Positions 20,840 through 29,869 of a stretch of DNA of 64,000 bases are shown piece after piece. Position 1 is the stretch's first letter, and every line of letters starts with the position of its first letter. The stretch comes from a virus. The stretch lies in IMG/VR virus record IMGVR_UViG_3300029286_000030. The stretch is one strand, 5' to 3'. The translations under genes were made by a program, and so were the position numbers. Under the pieces are notes generated by a model that was given only the letters and a program-made list of their open reading frames with translations, had not been told where the DNA came from and did no database searches.

Positions 20840-22294
20840 TTACTTGTGTAAAGCATCGTATTTATTTTGCTGATCTTTGGTCATTTGAGAGTATAATCCT
20901 TTAAATGTATATGATGCATCAACTGTTCCACCAGTTGGAACATTGTGTCTCATCCATGCACTTTCTTGTTTATCTACAGCTGCTGTTGCTTCTGCTTGTT
21001 TGGCAAAATTTAAATTTGTATTTGATTTATCAACGGCGGCATCAAATGCTGATCCAGCTCTTTCTATTTTAGCTGTATTAGCAGTATCAAATCTAGTTGC
21101 TCTATCAGCTAAAACTTTTTCTGCTTTTTTAACAGGTCCTTCATTTGCTAAATTAGTTCCACCAACTAAACTCAACATTCCTCGTTTTCTTTCTGTAGCT
21201 GCTTCTAAAATTCTTGCTTGACTTTTTATTAAAGCAGCTGCTCCAGCTTTTTCTGCTTCATACTTAGCTCTATCAACTGCAACCATTTTTTCTAATTCTG
21301 CTTTAAAAGATGGATCTGTAAGTTTCTTTTCTAATATTTCTGCATAAAGTTTATTATATGCAGCATTATCTCGTTGATCTCCAAGTTCTGGTTTAGTTTG
21401 TTGTATATAAAATTCTACCCATGGATCTGTAACTGTTGTTCCTTTTGCTTGATTAATTGTTGTTCTACTTCCATCTCCTCCAGTATATGTTACATTTCCA
21501 CCAGTGCCTGATGCAACAGGTATTGTAACCCATCCATCTTTAGCTGAATAAGTATAATTTGCATTTGGACTTGGAGTTCCTGCTCCTACCGGAAGTTGCC
21601 CATATTTAGCTCTATCTGCAGTCACTTGGCCAGAACTAACTCCCGGAGTTCCTCCAGAAGATGTATTTGTTGATGTTGTTTTTACTCCAGAAACAGTAGA
21701 TGGATTAACTATAGTTTGCGTAGACATTTTTTGACCAGTTGGAGTTGTATAATTATAAGAGTAAACATTTCCACCGCTTGAAGATTTAGTAACAGTTACA
21801 GGACTAGTTATTATTGATCCAGCTGGAGTTGCTTGTCTATCATAATCAAAAGGATAACAATCAAATTTATTTAAAACCCCGTCTCCATCAAAATCCATAC
21901 GGCCATACTTTTTTCTATATTTTTCTGGAACAGCGTTCCATGGCGAATTCATAAATTTACTAGAAAGTGTTTTAATTTCTTTTACATCTTCTATCGCTTT
22001 TTTATCTCTTATTTTCTTTTCTTTTAATTCATGTATTAATTCTTTTATTTGTTTTGGATTTAATTCTTTAGATTGTGCAGGACCTAAATGGAATGCTCTT
22101 TGCATTTCTCTACCCCACGTATTTTCATAAGGATCAAATCGTTTCTTTGGGTTTGAAAAAATTTCTTGTTGTTTATAAGGATTAAATGATCCAATACTAA
22201 GAGGCACACGTTGTTTTGGCATAAAATCGTCTGCTAATTTATCAATAGACGAAAAATAGTCTGTCTTACCCATTACATTATTCGATTTCTTCAT
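20840..22294 (-). CDS. Paralogue of 19439..20797 (TSP3-like Ca-binding motif, Thr/Ser/Gly-rich middle, same C-terminal domain); start moved to MKKSNNVMGKTDYF Met
   Basis: N-terminal alignment to paralogue and promoter TTTATAAA 24 nt upstream of 22294; ORF-track extension to 22366 overlaps that promoter. Confidence 0.75.
   Translation of the reverse strand: MKKSNNVMGKTDYFSSIDKLADDFMPKQRVPLSIGSFNPYKQQEIFSNPKKRFDPYENTWGREMQRAFHLGPAQSKELNPKQIKELIHELKEKKIRDKKAIEDVKEIKTLSSKFMNSPWNAVPEKYRKKYGRMDFDGDGVLNKFDCYPFDYDRQATPAGSIITSPVTVTKSSSGGNVYSYNYTTPTGQKMSTQTIVNPSTVSGVKTTSTNTSSGGTPGVSSGQVTADRAKYGQLPVGAGTPSPNANYTYSAKDGWVTIPVASGTGGNVTYTGGDGSRTTINQAKGTTVTDPWVEFYIQQTKPELGDQRDNAAYNKLYAEILEKKLTDPSFKAELEKMVAVDRAKYEAEKAGAAALIKSQARILEAATERKRGMLSLVGGTNLANEGPVKKAEKVLADRATRFDTANTAKIERAGSAFDAAVDKSNTNLNFAKQAEATAAVDKQESAWMRHNVPTGGTVDASYTFKGLYSQMTKDQQNKYDALHK
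21184..21380. repeat. Second copy of the identical 197-bp block
   Basis: Identity to 19780..19976. Confidence 0.8.
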
Positions 22295-22316
22295 AATAAG
22301 TAATATAATGCTGTTA

Positions 22317-22330
22317 TTTATAAACCTTTC
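22317..22330 (-). promoter_or_regulatory. BRE/TATA-like promoter (minus reading GAAAGGTTTATAAAT)
   Basis: Conserved motif 24 nt upstream of 22294. Confidence 0.5.
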
Positions 22331-23313
22331 TACTTTAGTAAAAAGAATAAAAATACAACTGCACAAATGACTATTTGAATACTTAATATTAATGTTACTA
22401 CTTTTTCCTCTCTTAATTTATTATTTCCAGCCTTCATTATCCATTGTGTTAAAGAACCACCCTTTGGATTTGCTGATAGTGTTCCATCTTCATTTGGTAT
22501 ACCAAAACACTCACTCTTAAATCTATGTTTTGCTTTAAACGCGAATTCAACAAAGAATAATAATATTAATAAAAACCCATAAATTTCAATATTCCCAATA
22601 ATACTCATAATTGCTAAATTCGCCCCAACCATAAGAGTTAAAGAATCCCCGCCAAATATCTGCGCAGGAAACCAATTAAACTTAATAAATGCTAATAATG
22701 CTCCAACCATAGCAAGCCCAAAAATAGCTGCAGTTGGGCTTCCACTTAAAAGTGCAATAAACATCAATGTTGCCGTAAGTATAATTCCTTGCCCGGCTTC
22801 AAGCCCATTAAATCCAGCTAACATATTAAATGCATTTGTTGCACCAGTTACAGCTAATGGAATAATTATTAATGGATAAAATATTAAAAAATTTATTTCT
22901 CCGATAAATGGAATAAACATAGTTGTATGCCCAGCATATACTGCGACCAATGGAATTGCGGCAATAATTGGAATAATAAAATGTTGCCATTGTCTAATTC
23001 CTTTCTTCCATCCAATGATGTCATCAATTACCCCAATAAAACAAATCATTGCAATTGTACAAAATCCAGCTAGCACTAAATTTAATTCAATATCAATCCA
23101 ATTTAAATACGTTGCGACAAAAATAGAACAAAATAGTCCTGCACTAAATCCTAAAAAAACAGTTACTCCGCCCAATTCAGCTACTGCTGGTTTATTGAAT
23201 TTATTCATGTCTTTTCCAACAAGACCCTGGGCATGCATTCTTTTAATGAATGGCGGTGCTAAGAAAAAGACGGCCAAAAATGCTATACAGAATGTGACAA
23301 AATGCACTATCAT
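22330..23313 (-). CDS. Polyprenyl-phosphate GlcNAc-1-phosphate transferase, Alg7/AglH-type (GPT/MraY-WecA superfamily)
   Basis: Polytopic membrane protein with VIDDIIGW (DDxxD) and NAFNMLAGFNGLEAGQG motifs, diagnostic of the eukaryotic/archaeal GPT branch. Confidence 0.8.
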   Translation of the reverse strand: MIVHFVTFCIAFLAVFFLAPPFIKRMHAQGLVGKDMNKFNKPAVAELGGVTVFLGFSAGLFCSIFVATYLNWIDIELNLVLAGFCTIAMICFIGVIDDIIGWKKGIRQWQHFIIPIIAAIPLVAVYAGHTTMFIPFIGEINFLIFYPLIIIPLAVTGATNAFNMLAGFNGLEAGQGIILTATLMFIALLSGSPTAAIFGLAMVGALLAFIKFNWFPAQIFGGDSLTLMVGANLAIMSIIGNIEIYGFLLILLFFVEFAFKAKHRFKSECFGIPNEDGTLSANPKGGSLTQWIMKAGNNKLREEKVVTLILSIQIVICAVVFLFFLLK

Positions 23314-23321
23314 AAAAGTAA

Positions 23322-23630
23322 TTATTTTTTCTTTTTGATTTTTTTATTTTTAATTATTTTCTTTTTAAGTAATTTCTTTTTAGAAGATTTCTTTTTTGTT
23401 GGATGTTTTGTTTCTAAATCTTGCATAACTTCACAAATAATACGTGCTTCATCTTCAGATACTTTATTAGTATTCATATATGAAAAACATTTATCTAATG
23501 CATTTTTATTTCGGATAACTCTATTTTCAGCCCTAGTTAATCTCCAGCATTTTAAACATAATAGACCATCTTCAGCAGTTATACGGGCCTTCTTACCACA
23601 TCTTTTGCATATTATATCGAATTCAGGCAA
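23322..23630 (-). CDS. Zn-ribbon protein with poly-Lys C-terminal tail (102 aa)
   Basis: CKRCGKK...CLKCW Cys4; tail KKKSSKKKLLKKKIIKNKKIKKKK. Confidence 0.5.
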   Translation of the reverse strand: MPEFDIICKRCGKKARITAEDGLLCLKCWRLTRAENRVIRNKNALDKCFSYMNTNKVSEDEARIICEVMQDLETKHPTKKKSSKKKLLKKKIIKNKKIKKKK

Positions 23631-23632
23631 AC

Positions 23633-23848
23633 TTACACCAATTTCTTTTTTGTCTTTAAAATAGATTCGCGATCGAAGTCTTTGAAAACATCATTCATTC
23701 CAGAATAAATTTTCTTAAATTCTGGAGATTCAAATTCCCAGCCACAAGATAAACAAGTAGCGGCAAAGATATGCCCATCCAAATCGCTCGTTATTAGTAG
23801 ATTTTTTGATTTACATTCTTTGCATTCGTTAAACTTCATAATACTCAC
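23633..23848 (-). CDS. Zn-ribbon mini-protein (71 aa)
   Basis: CKECKSK...CLSCGWEF. Confidence 0.45.
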   Translation of the reverse strand: MSIMKFNECKECKSKNLLITSDLDGHIFAATCLSCGWEFESPEFKKIYSGMNDVFKDFDRESILKTKKKLV

Positions 23849-23887
23849 TACTATACTTATATTTTATCTATATATAATACTTTTCTA

Positions 23888-24535
23888 TTATGAAAAGTAG
23901 TTATAATCTCCTATATTTACATCTATTTGGGTTATACATGTATTTTTTATAATATTATAGTCTGCAGCACCTATAATTAAATTAACATCTTTATAAGTTT
24001 TTACACTTAAATAACAATTATATAACGCTGTATATAATCTATGTGCTCTTGCATTATAATCATTATTAGTTATATATAAATTATTTCTATCTATATATAA
24101 ATTATTATAATCTAATTTCCATTTATTATTATCAATTAATAAATTATGCTTATCAATTAATAAAATATTTTTATCAAACAATAAAATATTTTTATCAGAT
24201 AACAATGCTGTTTTTTCTGCTACTAATCCTGCTTTTTCGGCAGTTAAAGTTCCATTTGCTCCAGTTAAAGTAGCTACTTGTGTCTGTGATGTAGTCAATG
24301 CTGCTGTAGTAGCATTATAAGTAGTTAATAAATTATTATAATTGGTTTTTACTTGTAAATTATCTGCATTTAATGCATTTACTTGAACTGTTAAAGTTAT
24401 AATACTAGCATTCATATCAGTAACTTTTACATCCTTATCATTAATAGTTCCTGTTAATACTATTGTTGCTATTCCTAATATTATTAATAACCCAACTAAT
24501 AGCCCAATTGGTAACATTATGTTCTTCATTTCCAA
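23888..24535 (-). CDS. Membrane-anchored coiled-coil protein (215 aa), shares module with 52468..54249
   Basis: N-terminal TM; NALNADNLQVKTNYNNLLTTYNATTAALT similar to NAENLEVKTNFNNLLTLYNTKTAELT in the 593-aa lipoprotein. Confidence 0.5.
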   Translation of the reverse strand: MEMKNIMLPIGLLVGLLIILGIATIVLTGTINDKDVKVTDMNASIITLTVQVNALNADNLQVKTNYNNLLTTYNATTAALTTSQTQVATLTGANGTLTAEKAGLVAEKTALLSDKNILLFDKNILLIDKHNLLIDNNKWKLDYNNLYIDRNNLYITNNDYNARAHRLYTALYNCYLSVKTYKDVNLIIGAADYNIIKNTCITQIDVNIGDYNYFS

Positions 24536-24571
24536 ATAAACACCTCAATATATATAATTATACACCCAAAG

Positions 24572-24586
24572 CTTTATAAACCTTCC
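24572..24586 (-). promoter_or_regulatory. BRE/TATA-like promoter (minus reading GGAAGGTTTATAAAG)
   Basis: Conserved motif upstream of 23888..24535. Confidence 0.4.
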
Positions 24587-24587
24587 T

Positions 24588-25295
24588 TTATACTAAGGAT
24601 TTATAAAAAAGCTCCTTCGTAGTATCTCCGAACCCCGGTAATTCAAACATTTTATTCAACACGGCAGCTGAAAATGTTGCCCATGTAGGATACTGCGCCA
24701 TAATACGTTCGGCTTTAGCATGAGAAATCGTTGGAAACGATAAAAGTAAATTTTCATATACGCGTTCTTCTGTTTTATGCGTTCTAAAAATGGGAGCGCT
24801 AAAACACTTCCCATCAGTAAATTTACCCGCGATTGTATTGATCATTTGGACAGTTTCTTCTTTATTATCAGTCATTAATATCTTTGTATTTGTTCTTACT
24901 GATATAGATACCATCGATCCAATTTTATGTGCATTAGAAAACATAAACATATTATTTATAAATTTAGCCCGTTTTAATTTAGCCTGTTTCTTATAATAAT
25001 CTTTAAAGGCACCCTCAATAATAAGAAATGATTTAGAATAGTGCTCGTTCATACGCATTATTTCTTGATTTAATCTTCCGTCTATAACACTCTTTGCATA
25101 ATCAGATACTTCCTTTCTTTCTATAACACATATATCATTAGTAAGTGTATTTTCAATTAATATATCGCCGCATTTTAACCGTTCTAATGTATATGGTATT
25201 TCTAGTCTATCAAATTCTGCAGTAAGAGATGCCGTTTTTCCTTGATGAACTTCTCGATCATCAATTGTGATTTTATAACTCGGTATATTTATCAC
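24588..25295 (-). CDS. Short XPF/Mus81-type ERCC4 structure-specific nuclease with C-terminal (HhH)2
   Basis: GDILIEN...VIERKEVSDYAKSVIDGRLNQE (ERK nuclease signature) and LPGFGDTTKELF hairpin-helix. Confidence 0.75.
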   Translation of the reverse strand: MINIPSYKITIDDREVHQGKTASLTAEFDRLEIPYTLERLKCGDILIENTLTNDICVIERKEVSDYAKSVIDGRLNQEIMRMNEHYSKSFLIIEGAFKDYYKKQAKLKRAKFINNMFMFSNAHKIGSMVSISVRTNTKILMTDNKEETVQMINTIAGKFTDGKCFSAPIFRTHKTEERVYENLLLSFPTISHAKAERIMAQYPTWATFSAAVLNKMFELPGFGDTTKELFYKSLV

Positions 25296-25839
25296 CTTTA
25301 ATTATATTATCTTTTGCCCATAGAGGTTGTAAATTAGTATAATGAAAACATTTAAGTTGCCACATAGGATCATTTTTATCGAATGCTGCACATGGTTTTA
25401 TATGATCTATATGCCATTTTCCATAATTTTTTTTAGTCATTCCAAAAGAAAATTTAGATTCAAGATGAGCAATTAATTTAGCAGGAGAACATCCAATATA
25501 TTCTTTAAATCTAAAATTCTTTTTAACATTTTTTGCTTTACATACCATATTAACTCTATGTCTTAATCTATTAATAATTTTAAATTGTGTATCTATTTTT
25601 TCTCTGTTTTTTACATATATGTTATTTTTTCTATCAATTTCTTTATGATTTTTTAATCTGTGAATTTTTCTTCCCAGTATAATTTTATCTTTGTTTTGAA
25701 TTCTATATAGTCTGTCATATTCTAATTTTTTTTCATGATTCTTTGATCTATATATTTTATCATATATTGCTTTTTGATGTTTTATTTTTAATTTATTAAC
25801 AATCCTATATTTTGTCATATATTTCTTTTTATCAAACAT
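25273..25839 (-). CDS. HNH (H-N-N) endonuclease, homing-endonuclease-like, basic N-terminal repeats
   Basis: WHIDHIKPCAAFD...CFHYTNLQPLWAKDNIIKG. Confidence 0.8.
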   Translation of the reverse strand: MFDKKKYMTKYRIVNKLKIKHQKAIYDKIYRSKNHEKKLEYDRLYRIQNKDKIILGRKIHRLKNHKEIDRKNNIYVKNREKIDTQFKIINRLRHRVNMVCKAKNVKKNFRFKEYIGCSPAKLIAHLESKFSFGMTKKNYGKWHIDHIKPCAAFDKNDPMWQLKCFHYTNLQPLWAKDNIIKGDKYTEL

Positions 25840-26013
25840 AAAATCACTTCTTTTTATATTTCTTTACTCTTGGTTTGTTCCAATATGGAGATTTACAAGA
25901 TGGGCACCATTTAGGGTCTTTCTTTTTACGAGTTGCCCAAGAATGTTGGCATCTATTACAAGTTACTATTCTAATATCCATAATAATATATAATCAAAAG
26001 TAGTATATAAATC

Positions 26014-26574
26014 TTATTGTTTGTTTTTTCTACCAAACATCCGTTTAAAAAAAGATTCTTTTTTTACTTCATTCTGAGTTGGTTTAAAGTCTCTCCAAGT
26101 GTTTTTTGGAACTCCTTTTCTATAGAACCATCGTTCTTTTATCATTAATATAATTGCAAATATACAAATTACTATCAATGAAATTAACTGTGGGTACATT
26201 AATATTATTATAAGTGCTATTACTAATGTCATATTGTCTCTTATCCATTCATATAGTCCTGGAACATATTCATTAATTGCTTGCCCCATATAAACATCGA
26301 CATAAATTCCATATACGATTTCTTTTGTCATATAATGAATTACTTTTTTTATACCTGGACTAAGATTACTATCTGCAAAACTATTATCTATTTGAGTTGT
26401 TATATTAGTATCAAGTTGTGCTAATAATACATCAAAATTAGGCGGCAAAATATTATAATCTGCGTATGTTTTTATATTTTCTGGATTAGTTGTTGCATCT
26501 ATAAATGAACCGGACACAATTATTCCGAAAATAATCATTATAGAAACTATTCCAAGACCAAAACCATAAGACAT
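26014..26574 (-). CDS. Membrane protein (186 aa)
   Basis: N-terminal and C-terminal TM segments. Confidence 0.45.
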   Translation of the reverse strand: MSYGFGLGIVSIMIIFGIIVSGSFIDATTNPENIKTYADYNILPPNFDVLLAQLDTNITTQIDNSFADSNLSPGIKKVIHYMTKEIVYGIYVDVYMGQAINEYVPGLYEWIRDNMTLVIALIIILMYPQLISLIVICIFAIILMIKERWFYRKGVPKNTWRDFKPTQNEVKKESFFKRMFGRKNKQ

Positions 26575-27137
26575 TATTTTCCACCCTTTATTATGTTATC
26601 TTTTGCCCAAAGAGGTTGTAAATTCGAATAATGAAAACATTTTATTTGTTCTTCGGGTTTACTTAAATCAAATTTAATACAAGGTATAATATGATCGATA
26701 TGCCATCCATATAATCCATAATTATCCCAAGTCATTCCTGGTAAAAATTGGTTTTCAAGATGTTGTTTTAAATTTTCTATATCCGTCCCTAATAATTTTA
26801 ATGTATGATCAGACTTAATACCATTAACTATTGCTTTATTTATTCTTCTTCTAAGATTTTGTGCTATTTTAAAATGAACATTTATTTTGCGTTTATTTTT
26901 TATATATAAATTATAATTTGTTTTATTTATCTTTCTATATTTCTTTTGATATAAAATATTTATATCTCTATTTTTTTCTCTTAATTTTTTTATTTTATCT
27001 TGATTATTATTTGCCCATATTTTATTTCTTTTATTTATTGTTTGCTTATTTTTTATGTAATAATTTTGTTTTTGAACTTTAATTTTATCTTTATTACTTA
27101 AATTATATTTTTTTAAATATATTTCTTGAGAATTCAT
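26574..27137 (-). CDS. HNH endonuclease paralogue
   Basis: GWHIDHIIPCIKFDL...CFHYSNLQPLWAKDNIIKGGK; DNA-level similarity of motif region to 25306-25350. Confidence 0.8.
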   Translation of the reverse strand: MNSQEIYLKKYNLSNKDKIKVQKQNYYIKNKQTINKRNKIWANNNQDKIKKLREKNRDINILYQKKYRKINKTNYNLYIKNKRKINVHFKIAQNLRRRINKAIVNGIKSDHTLKLLGTDIENLKQHLENQFLPGMTWDNYGLYGWHIDHIIPCIKFDLSKPEEQIKCFHYSNLQPLWAKDNIIKGGK

Positions 27138-27146
27138 ATAATCACT

Positions 27147-27443
27147 TTATTTTATTGCAGTGCCACTTACTAACACTACTGCAGAATCATTAGTTAATGC
27201 AGTAATAGCGAACCGAACATTAATAATTCCATTGGCCCCTAAAGATTCTGCATCTTTTATCATCTCTTTCATTGCCCCATCTTTTGCATCTGACAACATT
27301 TGAGCATATGATTTTAGAGGAAACCCGAAGAAATTACGCACCCCGTTGAAGAAATCTTTGTAAAAAATTCTAGATGAAACATACTCTCCGGTTACTAACC
27401 CGATTTCTGTTCCAACTGCATTTGGCGTGTTTTTAATAATCAT
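27147..27443 (-). CDS. YbjQ/UPF0145 (DUF74) family protein
   Basis: Alignment-quality similarity to YbjQ: GLVTGEYV..FF.G.RN..G....Y.......AKDGAMKEMIKDAESLGANGIINVRF...SGTAIK. Confidence 0.85.
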   Translation of the reverse strand: MIIKNTPNAVGTEIGLVTGEYVSSRIFYKDFFNGVRNFFGFPLKSYAQMLSDAKDGAMKEMIKDAESLGANGIINVRFAITALTNDSAVVLVSGTAIK

Positions 27444-27448
27444 TTATA

Positions 27449-27718
27449 TCACTTTATTACTTGTATACATACTGGGAATCCTTCATATCTATTTAGATCA
27501 GTATTATATGCTGTTCTAAAACTAGATATCAAACCCTGTCTTTCACAGAATCCACCAACAAATTCAAGCTGGCTTAAATAATTCTTATCGGCCCCTGTAA
27601 ATCCTGTTAATGTATTGTTACCTTGACCTATATAAAACCCCGCTACAAATAATACTATTGCTGCAATTATAGCCAACAAAATTAATATCCATGGAGTTTC
27701 TTTTTGTTCATTAACCAT
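27449..27718 (-). CDS. Small membrane protein (89 aa)
   Basis: N-terminal TM helix. Confidence 0.4.
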   Translation of the reverse strand: MVNEQKETPWILILLAIIAAIVLFVAGFYIGQGNNTLTGFTGADKNYLSQLEFVGGFCERQGLISSFRTAYNTDLNRYEGFPVCIQVIK

Positions 27719-27924
27719 TATTTAACCACCTTTTTATTTTTCCATACTGTTTCTAATAACTTTATGAGAATATATCCTATAACTCCCCACAATGCCAATA
27801 CAACTACTTCATATAAAATTCTTGCTATAGCAAAGAATCCTTGAACTACTGTAAAAATTAATACGACAACAATGATTATTGACGCAATAATCTTTAATAT
27901 TTTTTCGATATCCATATAAATCAC
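27718..27924 (-). CDS. Small membrane protein (68 aa, two TM)
   Basis: Hydrophobic, overlaps SPFH gene start by 4 nt. Confidence 0.4.
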   Translation of the reverse strand: MIYMDIEKILKIIASIIIVVVLIFTVVQGFFAIARILYEVVVLALWGVIGYILIKLLETVWKNKKVVK

Positions 27925-28745
27925 ATTGTGTTATTATCTATTGGTTTAACAACTGGCAAATCATCAACATTTCTAAATAATGTTAATCCTTGCGAATCAA
28001 TTGGCACATAAATTATATTTGGGTTTTCGTTTAATCTACTAATCCATAGATATTGAAGATACTTTGTAGTCAATGTAGCATTGATTATATCTTGGGAATC
28101 TTTAATTCCTTGTGCTTCAATTGTTTTTCTTGTTGCTTCTTGTTTTTCTTTAGTTAATATAAATTCCATTGCTTGAGATTCTTGTTCTCTCTGCAATTTT
28201 AATTCAATTGCTTCTTTTATTTGATCTGGTAATATCAGATCTCTTAACAGAACTTTTTCAACAATTAATCCTCTTTCTGCTAAAATTGGCTTTAATTTAT
28301 TTTCAATTTCTAATGCTAATACATCTCTTTTATCTCCAGCATATAATGCTTTAGCTTCATATTTTGATGTAACTTCTCTTATAGAACTTCTAAGATTAGG
28401 CACAATAATTATATCATTATAATTTGGGCCAAGAGTTTTATAGATACTAACTGCTTTTGTTGCATCAACGTGATACAATAATGAAGTATGTAATCCAACA
28501 ATTAATCCTTCACTAGTCGGAACATTTGCTTCTTCTTTAACTTCAACTGTCTTTGTTGTCATATTAATAATAGCAGTGAATGGAAATTTTAATGACATTC
28601 CTGGATATAAAACATTATCTGATACATTTCCAAATGTATCTTGTACTCCAACATTTCCTGCACCAACAAAGGCTAAACAGAATAATCCAAGTACTAATCC
28701 TATGAGTACTAAAAACCCAGCTATATAAACTGTAAGCTCATCCAT
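27921..28745 (-). CDS. SPFH/band-7 (stomatin/prohibitin-like) membrane protein
   Basis: N-terminal TM, SPFH core, coiled-coil EAIELKLQREQESQAMEF. Confidence 0.8.
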   Translation of the reverse strand: MDELTVYIAGFLVLIGLVLGLFCLAFVGAGNVGVQDTFGNVSDNVLYPGMSLKFPFTAIINMTTKTVEVKEEANVPTSEGLIVGLHTSLLYHVDATKAVSIYKTLGPNYNDIIIVPNLRSSIREVTSKYEAKALYAGDKRDVLALEIENKLKPILAERGLIVEKVLLRDLILPDQIKEAIELKLQREQESQAMEFILTKEKQEATRKTIEAQGIKDSQDIINATLTTKYLQYLWISRLNENPNIIYVPIDSQGLTLFRNVDDLPVVKPIDNNTM

Positions 28746-29189
28746 TTAGTTCACCCCTCTAATTGGTTGTGGTGAAACTACGTTTAATATTTTAAATTCC
28801 CACTTATAACCAAATCCATATGATTCTACTGGAACATATGTATTTTCGAAATTGCAATAATCAAAAGCTGAATAACTTCCACTATTATTTACATAATTCC
28901 AATTTGGCCCAAATGTTTGTTTACAAAACATGTCTCCATATACTTGGTGATTTTGAATTGAATTTGATCCAACATAAATCATTGCACCAAAAAATATTAG
29001 ACAAATAATTGCTGCAAATGCACCCAAAAATTTTAAATCGCACATCATCATTCTAAAACTCTTTCTTTCTTTAGGAGTTAATTCAGTGTCTGGAATAAAT
29101 TTTTTATTATAAAACATTCTATTACTATCATCTCTCACCTCAATTATTTGTCCTACTCTCAATTGTCCACTATCTTTTTTTTCTACCAT
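28746..29189 (-). CDS. Membrane protein immediately upstream of and abutting SPFH (possible NfeD-like partner); start at MVEKKD Met
   Basis: Stop abuts SPFH start; central TM; ORF-track N-extension overlaps HNH gene. Confidence 0.45.
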   Translation of the reverse strand: MVEKKDSGQLRVGQIIEVRDDSNRMFYNKKFIPDTELTPKERKSFRMMMCDLKFLGAFAAIICLIFFGAMIYVGSNSIQNHQVYGDMFCKQTFGPNWNYVNNSGSYSAFDYCNFENTYVPVESYGFGYKWEFKILNVVSPQPIRGVN

Positions 29190-29247
29190 TTTATCATCTC
29201 CAATAATATAATATGTTCTACGAAATCCTTTTAAACCTATCTTTATT

Positions 29248-29865
29248 CTAAAATTTGTCACTTTTAATTAAATTTTCTGTTGCCCATAACGGTTGCATAT
29301 TTGTATAATGAAAACATTTTTGCTGTTCTTCTGGTTTTCTTAAATCAAAAGCAGCGCAAGGTTTTATATGATCTATATGCCATCCAGTATGACCATAATT
29401 AGACCAATTCATTCCTGGTTTAAATTGATGTTCTAAATGTTGTTTTACTTCTTCAATTGAACATCCTAAAAGGTTAACTGTGCGATCTGATTTTATATCA
29501 TTAAATAATGCGTGCCAAATTCTTGATCTTAAATTACATAGAATTTTAAAATGTATGTTACTTTTTCTTTTGGATATTTGATACTTATTTATGTATCCTG
29601 TTCGCTGTTTTTTAATTTTTTCCTTATTATTTTTATTATACTCTTTATTATATTGATTTATTTGTTGTTTATGTTTTAAAATATATGTTTTTGTATTTGT
29701 AAGAATTCTTTTTTTATTTTTTATATAATATTCTCGTTTTTTATTGAGAATTATTTTTTTATTTTTTATATAATGAAGTTTTCTATAATCTTGTTTATTC
29801 TCTTTATGCAAAATATAATAATTTTTATCATATGATTTTCTTTCATTTATATTTTTATATGGCAT
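29248..29865 (-). CDS. HNH endonuclease paralogue
   Basis: GWHIDHIKPCAAFDL...CFHYTNMQPLWATENLIKSDKF. Confidence 0.8.
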   Translation of the reverse strand: MPYKNINERKSYDKNYYILHKENKQDYRKLHYIKNKKIILNKKREYYIKNKKRILTNTKTYILKHKQQINQYNKEYNKNNKEKIKKQRTGYINKYQISKRKSNIHFKILCNLRSRIWHALFNDIKSDRTVNLLGCSIEEVKQHLEHQFKPGMNWSNYGHTGWHIDHIKPCAAFDLRKPEEQQKCFHYTNMQPLWATENLIKSDKF

Positions 29866-29869
29866 AAAA

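Noticed and set aside
22295-22366. N-terminal extension MCSCIFILFTKVERFINNSIILLI of the 20840 gene
   Set aside because: The extension overlaps the gene's own promoter motif, and the paralogue aligns only from MKKSNN. The real start is 22294.
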